A stretch of 64,000 nucleotides of DNA from Moniliella sp. 'wahieum' (lineage: Eukaryota). The number at the start of each line of letters is the position of its first letter. Position 1 is the stretch's first letter. Shown piece after piece: positions 36,801-48,593 of this stretch. The notes beneath the pieces are model-generated. The model was given only the letters and a program-made list of their open reading frames with translations. It was not told the origin of the DNA and searched no databases. Where the stretch lies: the NCBI GenBank assembly GCA_003971905.1, contig RSEE01000165.1, positions 1-64,000 of the forward strand, written 5' to 3'. A program made the position numbers and the translations under genes.

Positions 36801-37400
36801 CCCGATCAGGTGGCGTACCAAGCGGTACACAGCAGCGTCTTTACGGATCAAGCGGGCCGGGGTGCCGTGCATAGCGAGCTTGTGCGCCTGCTGCTGCACC
36901 GCGTCGGACGCACCAAGGGGGGCACGTCATCGGCCAAGTTGGCCAAGACGAGCAGACGACGCAACTGGGACACGCGGAACGCGCGCGACACGGCCTGGCT
37001 CGACTGGGCCCAGGCTCGCGCCCAGACAGCCTGCTTGTCCGTCACGGACCGCGCCGGTCCAGGTGCGACTGCAGCCACGCCGGCTTGATCGCCAGCACGT
37101 CCTCCAGCGTCGGCTCGCGCGTGCCCTCGGCTTGCTCGGCTTCTTGGTCCTGCTTGGCCAGGTCCAGGATCGTCGGGCCCGCCGGCGGAGCGCGCTGGGG
37201 CGCGTCAAGGCCGCCTTGCGCGTACGGGACCGGGGCTTGCGCGTGCGCGCCGGCGCGGGGGGCGTGGAGGAGGAGGAGGGAGGGGGAGGAGGAAGAGGCG
37301 GAGGTGGTGAGGCGGGGCTCGGGGCGGCGGCGAGGCGGGCGGAGAGCAGCGCGTGGGAGGCGCTGGGCGCAGCAACGGCAATGCGCACCAGGGCGCTCAT
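33814..37400 (-). CDS. Large hypothetical protein, possibly mitochondrial (could be more than one gene)
   Basis: Continuous coding-like minus-strand frames from ATG 37400 (MSALVRIAVAAPSASHALLSARL) through EPTLEDVLAIKP, SRAFRVSQLRRL and RHAELDAYLSDEILFPLL to a stop at 33814. Probable intron ~34630-34787. No family firmly recognised; SLS1-like is only a guess. Confidence 0.45.
35934..36038. repeat. 15-bp minisatellite (TCCGTCGTTGGGCAA) x5 plus 2 degenerate units
   Basis: Read directly; encodes TTDCP repeats in a minus-strand frame. Confidence 0.95.
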
Positions 37401-40400
37401 GGCGGGCAGAAGCAGCAGGCAGCTCGGCCGCTCGACCGTCCCAGCAGGCGCCCGCACAGGACAAGTCAAGCACAGCTACCTGGCCTCGCTTTCTGTCCGC
37501 CCGACTTGGATTCTTCTGGGGCCGCCGGCGGTGAATCTTGATTTCTTCCTGCGCCGCCCGCCCTCTACCCCGCTGTTGCACGACCGCATCACGTGATCCT
37601 CTCCCTCTCTCTCCCATCACATGGCCCGCCGCGGCCAGGGGACCACACCCAGCCAGAGTGAGATTGCTGGTGCCCACTTCTTCTCGCTCGGCCTCCTTTG
37701 TCGATCGATCGTAGATCGACAGGTTAGGCATAGCATCTTGTCCGGTGTGCTTGCCGCGGCCAGGAGAGACAGGCTCCGTCGTATCTAGCTTCATGTTGTC
37801 GTCTCCTCGGGTGCCGCAGTGGTGTGGTGCGAAGGAGTTGCCTTCACATGTAATAAGTGTTAGTTCGATGGAACGAATGCTGTCACAGTCGGGGCCAAGG
37901 CGAGGGAGACCAGAATCGGACTAGGCCAATAAGGGGTGTAGCAATCGTTCGTACCAGGGAAGAAGCAAGAACAGAGGGCATGGTGCGAAGTGGAAGAAAC
38001 AGGGAAGGAGCGAGACGCTCGAGACGAAGAATTTGGAAATGGGAGCGAGATCAGCCAAGGAAACACAGAGGGAAGCCAGAGAGTGATGCAAATGCCGTCC
38101 GAGATAGAGAAACCACATATTTGGCGACACAAACCTCGGTGCTTGGCCTTGCCCCAAACAGAGGTTTTGTTGGAACGGAGGGAAAGACATAAACAGAAGG
38201 AAATGTACGAGTGGAACGAACTGAAGGATGATTCGGTCGGATCCGTCTATCACTGCATCTGCCTATAATAGTCTGTTGCTAATCCATACGTACTGCTATC
38301 CAACCCGGAAGCCCTAAAAGACATTCCATCTTCCGCGCCCCCCCGGTCGGTCATCAGACTCGTTGAGGCCTAGGGCGCAGAGGGAGATGTAGGGTGGAGG
38401 AACAAGGTACTGTGTCCATATTGTTAGTTGGTAGGATGTTCACCACACCTCAGTTAACCACACCCTGTGGCGGCCCTCTGGTCCCCGCCGAGCCCACAAC
38501 GGTCTCTTCCACAACATTTGGCTTGCTAACCCCCTATGGGACATGTCTCTCGTTGAGGCACGGCGTCCGTCCCCCATGCACTCGGTCTCCTCGAACCGAA
38601 GAACCGACGCGGTCCCGACCTTCCCGCGCCTGGCTTTTTGGGCGTGCGAGACGAGCGTCTGACTCTCAGTCTCCCCATCGTAGGTCTATATGTCTCCTCC
38701 TCCTTTTCTCCTGAAAGAATACCCGGTCGAATGCCGTTATCGCCAACAACAACGACTAACATGCGCCCTGCGGCAGGTATTATACTTGGAGCTGTTATCT
38801 GTCTCATCTCGTCTCGTCTCGCCTCGTCTCATCCCCGTGACAGGGTAGGTATCCGATTCAACCTCTCATCTTCCTTGACGCAGTGGACGGACGCTCTCCC
38901 GAACAAATGTGATTGCTGCGGCAACGAAGTGCGAGAACCCAGAGAAGGGGGAAGCGCAGAAGCATACATGAAGAAGAAGAAGAAAAAGTGTGTTTTGAAG
39001 AGTCTTCAATATTCACTTACCATCAGCCTTTTTTCCCACCGAGATCCGCGGGGTCAACGGTACTAACGGTGTAAACCCATCAGCCAATACGACCCAGACC
39101 GGGGCGATCGGTATTGGGATTGGGATTGGGATTGGAATCGGATCGACAGTGGGTGGCAAAAACGACTAATCAATCCTTAGTACTAAGCGCGACGACGGTC
39201 ACGGTGGGTGTTGCAGCTCACGCGAAAAAAAAAATGGAAAACCAACAGAGTGTACACACGGCAACCGTCACGAGAGTGGAATGAATGTTGTTGAATGGGT
39301 TGTGGATTTTGCCTGGACGTTGAGCCTGAGCCTCGAAGTTGAAGTTGAAGTTCAACGTAGAGAGGTGTTGGCGTTGAGCGGGGGAGAGGGTTGGGAGCAC
39401 CTCGGTTTGGTTCGACATCTCGTGCCAACTGACGTACTACCGTGACGGAACGACTGACACTGACACTGACAACTGACGCCAGTTCTGATGCCCATACAAA
39501 GTGGTCCACATGGGGTTGTGGTTGGGGGGGGTTGGTTTGCACACGGAGGACACATGAGAACACAAGAGATGTGACAAGGCAGAGTGGTGGGCGACGCACG
39601 GGCCAGCTGCCAAGACCAAGCACGGCGGGGCGCTATCTCGATCTGGGCCAGGCACGGCAGCAGTGTTGCCACCGCTACGTCATGTGCGCGTAGGTTTATG
39701 ACGTGTAGGGAGGAATAGGACTGCGCGCAGCCGAGCATCCAGCACAGCACCGCACTAGCCCAGTGTGCCGCCCGCCCCAATTTTAATTACCCAGCCTACA
39801 TGGCGCACGTACCTGCCGCTAGCCAGGTACCCAGCCTGTCCCCAGCGACATACAGCAGCCTGTGGGGCAAACGTCAAACCGCAGCCCTCACAACATCAAC
39901 CCTGCTCACCCTCCCACCGCGATGCGCCCGCCGCCTTCCCCCGCGCCCTGACTGGCTCGCGGGTGGGCGTCCTCGTGGGGGGCGAACATCATGAGACGGG
40001 GTGTGTGTGGTGCAGTGGCAAAAACGAACGAGCGGTGATGGTGTCGATGAGGGGGCGAGCGCAGGGAATAGCTCGGTCTGTCTTGTGCAACACACTGGGA
40101 TGGCGTTGCATCTGCCGAGCACAACACAAGGCTACTACTACTCGCATCAGCAGATGGATTGGCAGATTGCGCAGAGAGAGAGAGGGTAGGGGATGGATGA
40201 CGAACATGAGGCAGGAAGAGGTACGAAGTATGACCCCGTCTGTGGCCCCGCACCGGCCGCCTTTCCCTGGCCCTAACCCGCGCAATGCGTGGTGCTGGGC
40301 GATGGATGACGCACACCGCAGCAGAGCGGCGAGGGGAGAGGGAGAGCTGTAGCGACCCCCGACGGGCGCCGTGCGGGCGGTCGTGCGCGCGGTGCTCTCC

Positions 40401-40572
40401 TGCTGGGTGAGCCAAGTGGCATGCTGGCCCCTTGCCTGCGCTTAGGGCGGCCGTGTCTCCCGCCGCTCTGCCTGCCTGCCCGCATCGTCGCGCTGGCTCG
40501 CCCCCGCACCTGCCCACTCTCCCCACCGCCCCCTTGTTTCTCCACCGCCTTCCCGCGTCGCACAGCGGCAGG

Positions 40573-40580
40573 TATATAAA
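40573..40580 (+). promoter_or_regulatory. TATA box of the aldo-keto reductase gene
   Basis: TATATAAA in a GC-rich context about 130 bp upstream of ATG 40708, followed by a pyrimidine tract. Confidence 0.6.
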
Positions 40581-40707
40581 GTGTGCCTGTGGGTCCTGCC
40601 GCGCCGCCGCTCGACCCTCGTCTACCTGTCTCTCTCCCTCCCTCCCTCCCTCCCTCCCTCCATCCATCCTTCCATCCACCCCTCGCTGCCTTGCCATCCA
40701 CCCCGCC

Positions 40708-41925
40708 ATGGCCGACACGATTGACGTTGCCGCGTTCCAGGCCCACAAGGCTTCCAAGAGCAGCCCGCTTCCTACCGCAAGGGCTCCAACCGCCCCGGCC
40801 TGCTGGACGGCGAACGCCGTCGCTCGTCTGTCACGACACCAAGATCAAACTCAACTCGGGCCACTACATTCCAGTGGTTGCGCTTGGCGTGTACAAGGCG
40901 CCCAACGACTCGACCCGAGGACGCGGTCAAATGGGCATTTGAAGCGGGCTATCGCCATGTTGATTCGGGTACGTGTATTCTATGCTTCTCGTGAAGGAAT
41001 GTGAGCCAGCGATCCAGCGTCTGTTGGCACCGCAGCGTCCTGTCGAATTTTGTTCAAGTGTTGTGTACTGACCGTACGAGAGGTGAGACGCGCGTGTGCG
41101 CGCTATACTGCTGCTGCTGCTGCCCTATTATGTTGCTGCCTTTGTGTGTTGCCAGCGGCGCGGTACGCGAACGAGGAAGCGGTGGGTCGGGCGGTGCGCG
41201 AATTCATCCAACGCACAGGCACACCGCGCGAAGAGATCTTCATCACGTCCAAGTTGTGGGACGCGGACCACGATCGGGCTTCGGAGGCGATTGACGAATC
41301 GTTGAGCAAGTTGGGCTTGGACTATATGGACCTGTATCTGTTGCATTCCCCCGGTGCGGATCGGACGACACGCTTGGCGGCATGGAAGGCGATGGAAGAC
41401 GCGGTGTATGCCGGTAAGATTCGGTCGATTGCGTGTGTCGAATTTTGATGTGGAGGAGTTGGATGATTTGTTGGCCCATGCACGGATCAAGCCCGCCGTG
41501 AACCAGATTGAGTCGCACCCTTTTTTCCAGCACGAGGAGTTGCGGCAAGCCACGTTGCAGCGTGGGATTCACGTGCAAGCGTACTCGCCCATGGCGCAGG
41601 GCGCCGCACTGGAACGTCCGGAAATCGTTGCGATCGCCAAGAAACATAACAAGTCAGCAGCCCAGATCTTGCTCAAGTGGGGCATGAATATCGGCAACAT
41701 TATTCTCCCAAATCGCTCACCAAGTCGCGCATCCAATCCAACGCCGACTTGTTTGACTTTGAACTGGACCAGGACGATATGGACTTGCTCAATAATCTGG
41801 ACGAGGGCATGAAGATGGGCAAGTTGGGCCCGGCTGGCACCTCGGCCCCGGGCTCACGTCGCTCTTCCTCCACCACCGGGGCTTGTCGGGGGCAAACTGC
41901 AAATGAGCACCAACTGAATGGTTAA
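40708..41925 (+). CDS. Aldo-keto reductase (2,5-DKG reductase/Gcy1-like)
   Basis: IKLNSGHYIPVVALGVY, GYRHVDS|AARYANE (intron ~40968-41154), REEIFITSKLW, DLYLLHSP, VSNF, PAVNQIESHP, AYSPMAQG, IQSNADLFDFEL. The D/Y/K/H tetrad is present. Confidence 0.93.
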
Positions 41926-43922
41926 TATAGTGTTCAGGAGCTCGCATCCCTCGGTAATAGAGACACGTTTGTCCTTCTTCTTTTCCCTTCCTCTCCTCTC
42001 CTCTCCTCTCTTCTCCTCTCCTCTCCTCTCCTCGTCCTTCTCGCCTCTGGGTATGTCGCATGGATGGTCGTGGCGGTGAGGGGGGGAGACGTTTGCGCTG
42101 GCGGTCGGATCCCCCTTCTTGTGTGTAGAGGGGGGGTGGACCGCTGGCTGTTACGGCTTTTTTTTGCAGCATGCATTGTATGCCCGCACACCATTGTTTT
42201 CTTCATATCATTAGTCACTCTAGTTACGATACGTACTCATCTTACCCTTTGCCGGCTCGCAGTTTGGTGCTGTTGGACTGATGGGTGCCCATAGATTCAG
42301 TTTGTCTCCCCCATGACAGAGGGAGATGTGGAGACATGGACACAGGGTTTAACATTTTCTCGATGTCGCGTCCTGTGGAACCACTAGCGTCGCATGAAAA
42401 AACACCGTATCAGTGTGGTCGAAGATTACACTAGTACTGGCATGACGGACGGAATGGACCAAAAACTCTTCCCGAGAGAGAAAGTGTATACCCCGACCGA
42501 CCCGGACGCTATACTGTGAGGCTTATCAGACGACCCTTTCCCAATCGTCACAATATATATATGTGACCTATGACCAGAACACTGATGACGAACTTCTACC
42601 ATAGCTAATCGAAAACGCTGGTAAAAGGTTGCGGATAGATATGTGAGGACTACGTACAAAATTCAAGGTGGGCAAGGCTGTGCAAGATTGTGCACAAGAA
42701 ATTTCGATTAGCCATGACAGCTTATTAGTTGACCACAGAGAAGGGCGCCAACAAAAACACGACTGCAACCAGAACTACATACTTACTGTAAGAGACGATT
42801 TGGGGAAAGAAATCCTACTTTCGTTTTCAGAGGCGCCTGCGCGCTCATCAAGTCTCCCGTGTTAGGGGAGGAGAAAGTCGAATTAAAGAAGAAAAGGATA
42901 AGGTGCAAGTATAAGTATAGCAAAATGAAAACGAGAGAAGAATGAGGACGATGAAGAGCAGGAGAAAGAGGAAGAGGTGACGGTGGAGGAGTAAGCAGGC
43001 AAACACAAGGCGACCTGGCAGCCTCGTTTTGACTCTGCACCCGGAGGTGGGTAAGAACCGTGGGGTGCGACGCTGGAACATTGCCGGGCCGAAGCATATA
43101 TACGGTATCGAAACCCCCCCGTAGAAAGCAAGTCCTGACTCAGTGGTAATGACCAAATGCACTCGCCCCAACTGCGAAGATCTGTGGTCGAAATGACCCC
43201 TTACCCCACTGGTTCCCTCTATGTTTTCGAGGGGGAGGAGGGGTGATGCGAGAGATGTGAGATGTGAACCGAGTAGGCGGGAGAGATGAGAGCTGAGGCG
43301 GAGTAGATAGGTGCCCATGACTAATGATCGATGGGCACGGATGATGGTTGGTACAACGAGAAGATTCAAGTGATGGAGGTGGGTTTTGATGGACAGAGAA
43401 AAATGGAGGTTTTTTGGGGATTGCCCGTCAGGCATCAGGCCTCAGGGGCGAGATTGGTGTTTAGTTACTAGGCAGCAGAGCAAAGAGAAGCATGACATAC
43501 ATTTGATGCAGTTATCAACAGGCCTGGGGCCTGAAGCTCAGGCCTGCAGAGCCCAAGAGGAGACGAGAGAAGGGAAGCCTGGACGCTTGACAGAACCTTT
43601 TCCCGCTTGCCGCTTCACATGTCACGCGTGTCACGAGTCAAGCGTTAAGCGAGCATCGATCCCATAGTAGTGATGGCACGTGCGCCACCGGATGAGAGCT
43701 GTAGTGTGATACGCCTCATCGATCATCTCGAAGACGATGTCGATGATGCAGATGAGGGATGGTCATGCAATGCATCATGCATCGACATTCGAATCCTCGA
43801 GGCGACGTCGGGGCGACGGGGTTGCCAAGGCGGGGTCCAGCCAAGATAGGCAGCGACTAGCGACGCCTGAGCCTGCTGAAAGAGGATGGGATCCGCAACA
43901 CGGGAGCATTGCAGGCGGCGGC

Positions 43923-44168
43923 TCGGTGACATGTTGTTGACCAGGGTCCTATGGGCCAGCCCCCTCCGCGGCACTCCTGACCATCTTACTCATCCGGGCA
44001 CCACACCAGTATCCCTATCCCCTGGCCTAGTGCCGCTCTCTTTCTTCTCCTTCTTCTCCTTCTTCTTCTGATCCTCAGTCTGGGTTCAACGTTCAACCCA
44101 GCTCCTGTCTTCTCTCGGCCATTGCATAACTGCACTTAGGACGTCGCTGGGTAACCAGGATCATTACA
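43923..44168 (+). repeat. Dispersed repeat, copy B (homologous to 5164-5637)
   Basis: Colinear with copy A, roughly 80% identity by eye, many transitions; lacks the 5268-5453 insert. Confidence 0.85.
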
Positions 44169-45820
44169 TGTGATGCGTGTCACACGCACATGTCAAAAAG
44201 CACATGGGACGTGGGACAAGCATGCGACTGGCCAGTCCGAGTGGCTGTCATGCTTGTCTGCACGCTGTCTGTTGTTCTTTGGAGCGTCTATGGACGACGG
44301 ACGACGATGACGCGATGCCGGTGAACGTGGGGAACCGATTGGGCTCATCCGTGGCAACAAGGCTGGACATGGTCACGGAGGGTACGTACCCCCCAACCGG
44401 AAGCATGCGATCATGTGGATGTGATGCATGATGCGCCCCCAGCACCCTGGCCGGCCGAACGAGAGGCCACAGGGGCGGCGAATGTTTTGTGTACTGAGTG
44501 TACTGCTGTGCGAGTACGAGTACTCAGACTACTGAGTACGGAGTACTGAGGACGGGGGACGGGTGGACTGTGGCTGACTGGGGCCGGCTGGTGGCCGGGA
44601 AAAAGCCATATGGTCTGGGATTGTTTCTCAAACTGCCGTCGGAGGGTCCCAGGCTGTCGAAGCGGTGGGTGTGGTCGATGATGGATGATCGCATCGCCAA
44701 TCGAACTGAGTAACCGAGTCCTCAGACTCAGGACTGGGCGACTGAGGTACGGATCGATGATTGATGTAAATGATAAGAGCAGCGGTTAAGACGGTTAAGC
44801 GAAACGTTAAACGTTAAGGTTGAACGTTTCGATAGGCGATAGCAGCTGCTATATGCTATCGACTATCAGAGGCGGAGGCTTGGTGGGTGGCCGGGCGAGA
44901 GAGGCATACGCAGCTTCACGCGTCACGCATCCCATCGTCCCAACCGAGTGTAGGACCCTACGTACTCCTCCCACCCGTCGCTCGTCGGCACTCGACCCTC
45001 GGTCTCCGTTTCACGTCCACGCGTCCTCAGCGCCTCACGCGGCAACGTCTCAACGCCGTCAACGCGCACCAAAACGTCGTCGACGATCTAACGTCCAACA
45101 GCGACCATGCTCGATCGACCATCAGACATCAATCATCGATCATCAACCGACAGCAGGCCCTCGCCCTCCGCCCGAGCGACGCGGTGTGGAAGGGTGTGGA
45201 GGGTGGACTGGGGGACTGGGGGACTGGGGGCTGTGGTTGTAGCGAGACGAGCACAGCCGCCTGCTCCCCCCCCAAGCCACATCCCGGCGGAATACCACCT
45301 TTCTCTTGGCCAGCGTTGTTCGGATACACGCTTCGTGGTGGGTAGCGCTTAGCGCTTGAAGCTTGATAGCGCGTAGCACCGTTGGTGTGCATAGCCACGG
45401 CCCACTGCTATCTAAGACTGCCAGCACTCGGCGGAGGGTATCGCCTGTCTGGCTCCCCAGCGCACCGCTGCTGTTCCAAGCACGCAGCCCGTCCTCAGTG
45501 CCTCCGTACTACTCAGTACTCAGTCCTCAATCGGTGGCTTTGACCGTCTCGCAGATCTCAACTCTCGTGGTTTGCGTTTGGCCTCCTCAGCGCCAGCCTC
45601 TGCTCCTCTCGCTTAGCGCTTTCGCCCGATCCAACACACCTCCAGACAAGACAAGCGTAGGGGTTAGGCACCCCCCCCCTGTGTTTGTCCCACCGGCTCT
45701 TGTTTCCCGTCGTCCGTCTGCCTCCCTTGCCCCCTCCCCCCCCCCCTCTCTCCTGTCTCTTGCACCCCCCACCGCTCCCCCCCCCACCGGCCACCACCCC
45801 TTCCGCCTGTGCCGACGACA

Positions 45821-47974
45821 ATGAACTCAGCCTCGACGCTGAGCAAGGACCCCTTTGTCCTCACTGGCGAGACCGAAACGGGCCGTCGCGCCTACCCTGC
45901 CGGCCAGCTCTATGCACCTCTGCCACTGACGATCTCCAGCCGCTGTATCCCCAGGTGCGTATCCCGCCACTGCAACAGCACATGTAGCGGACGATCATAG
46001 ACAGGGCCACAAAGACTAACCATGCTCCTTGCCTTGCCTTTCTCCCTCCCCAGAAGCCCCAGCGCAAACGACGAACTGCCATCCTGGCTCTTGGCGCCAT
46101 TGCGGCGGTTGTCATCCTGGCCATCGCGGTACGGTGTTGCACTCTTCCGTCTCTTTCCCCTTTTTGGCGAATGATCGATGGTCGGCTACTGACCCTGACC
46201 CCCCCTTTCTCTTTCTCTTTCTCCTGCAGCTTGGCGTTGGCCTGGGCGTTGGCCTGCACAAGAAGAGCAGCCACTCGGCCACAGGTTCGGGCGGTACCGA
46301 CGGTGGCAGCTCCACCGGCAGCGGCAGCGGTAGCGGTAGTGACACCGGCCCTCCTGTCCCGCAAATCCCCTACGCTTACAGTCTTCCTGGTGGGGATGCT
46401 GCCGCCGTTCCGGCAGGCCAAGATGATAGCCATGCGGGCATGCTCGAAAGTGGATATTACACTGTGCGTGTCTCCCGTTTTGCTTGCTGCTTGTCCTTTG
46501 CCCCGCGTCGGACCGGTAATATATGGGTCCCCTGACACTGACACCTTCCCCCCCCCCCGCTCCCCCGCTCCCTTCTGGTCGCATTTGCCGGCCGGCAGAC
46601 TTCCTACACTAGCTTGACCAATGCGTTCCAATGGACACCTCAGGCGCTGCACTTTAACGGCACCCACCCTGCCTCGGCCGACATTACCATCAACACTACC
46701 GCCCCGACCAATGTGGAGATTGACGGGTTTGGCGCGTCCTTGACTGATGCCAGTGCGTCGCTGCTGATGCAAATCAAAAAGTCGAATGGGAGCGTGTACA
46801 ATGCGACGATGCATTCGCTGTTCAATCGTCGTTCGGGTCTGAGCATCTTACGTGTTTCCATTGGTTCGTCCGATTACAGTTTGCCCGGTAAAGTCTACAC
46901 GTTTGCCGACCACAAAGGGTCGTCGTCCAACCCGCTCTCCAAGTTCTCAGATAAGACTGCCCACGCGGACTTGTACCCCATCTTAAGGGACGCACTCCAG
47001 GTCAATCCGGCACTCAAGATCAGCCTCTTGCCCTGGTCGCCCCGTCCTGGATGAAGTCCAACCAGAACATCAATGGCGGCTCGCTGGCCAATGGCATGAC
47101 CAATACCCTGGCTGAGTACCTGGCCCGGTCCGTACAAGCGTTCGACGCTGCTGTCGGTGTCAAGCCCTGGGCGCTGGCAGTACAGAATGAGCCCTTCAAC
47201 GCCATGCCTTACCCATCGATGCTCATGACCTCCGAGCTGCAGATGCAGCTGCTCAGTATCCTTCGTGGCCGCCTGGCCCAGCTCGGGTACGGCGCGACGT
47301 ACCTCTGGGGCTTGGAGGATGACTTTGTGCACTGGGATACGGCTGCGAGCTTGGTCAAGCAGAATGCGTCGAGTGTGGATGGGATTTCGTGGCACTGCTA
47401 CAACGGCAGTTGGCAGGGTGCGCAGTCGCTTCGGCGGCCGTTGGTGCGCAGATGGCACAACAGTTGCGCATGTCCATGACCGAGTGCACAGGCCAGGACA
47501 CGAACCAAGATAACGAGCCCAGCGTGCGCTGGTGGACGCAAAACATTTTCCCCATGCTCGCGCACAACTTTAGCTCCATCCTCGTGTGGAACGTGGCGCT
47601 CAACAGCCAGTTTGGGCCCCACCTCGGCTCCACCATCTGCCAAAATTGCAAGGGCGCAATCGAGATTGATCCGAGCTCGGTCGAGCCGAGCTTGCAGAGC
47701 ATCATGCTCCAGCACTTGTCTGTCGCCTCCTCGGACCTCACCCGCCTCGGCGGCGGACCAGCACACAACCCTTCCCACCACGATGGGCAAAACCCCTCTT
47801 CGTCTTGCGCCCAAGCACAGGCGTTCCAGGCGCCTTGGAACTCCCCGCAACACGATACGGCTTGGTGGTGGAAAACTCGTGAACCAAAACGACCACCATG
47901 ACCGTCGCGCTCCACCAACGTACCGCCTCGCTCCCGGTTCCCTCGGGCTTGTCGTATATGTCTGGACAATGTAA
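45821..47974 (+). CDS. Glycoside hydrolase family 30 with N-terminal TM anchor (possible beta-1,6-glucanase)
   Basis: RKRR plus hydrophobic helix plus LGVGLGVGL; IDGFGASLTDASA, LRVSIGSSDYS, PWSP..WMK, acid/base VQNEP, WHCY, nucleophile MTECTG, WNVALN..GP. Introns ~45955-46053, ~46128-46229, ~46466-46598. Confidence 0.9.
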
Positions 47975-48593
47975 GCGACTGTGAAGCACCCGTTGGTCTC
48001 ACCGTCGTTGTCGTTGTCGTCGTTGTCGTCGCTGCACGTACCCCACCAGGAGTGGCTCCTATGCCCTCCCCCGGTAGCGCCGCCCCACCGTCCTCGGGCC
48101 GGTTCCAGTCCACTGTCTCCCAAGGCCACATTGACGGGCCGGCTGGATAGTCTGTTTTTTCTTTCTGTTTTTGTTCTTGTAGTAGCATCCCCCTCTTCCT
48201 TCTCCGTGCCCTTCCGTCCCGTTGCCTTGCCATGCCCTGTGCGTCGATGCTGTACCCCTTCCCCCCTTTGCACCCTCCCGGTTGGCTAATCCTTACAACC
48301 TCTAATCTCTGCTGAACAATCGGCCTTATGAGTCCTGTGAATCTGCTCTGTGCCATCCACACTTGCCTGGACCTGCCTGGTGTAGGTATAGTTGCTGTGC
48401 CAGTGTTGGCAATTGCCTCTTGGATATCAGGCGGATATCTAACCCCCCAGCCAGCTGCAATGTTCAAGCCGCGGGCAGCCAAGTTTAAGTACCCAGTGGG
48501 GCTGGGCGGCGCATGAACGAAATGCAAAGTCAACTCCACCCCCAACTCCACCTCCACCACTCCTGGTCTGCTCGCCTGCTCGCCGCCGTCGCG

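Noticed and set aside
38315..38372. Minus-strand hammerhead ribozyme (CTGATGA)
   Set aside because: No GAAA in register and no supporting stems.
42570..42625. Hammerhead ribozyme (CTGATGA...GAAA)
   Set aside because: Stem II does not close next to GAAA, and no matching stem I/III with a UH site was found.
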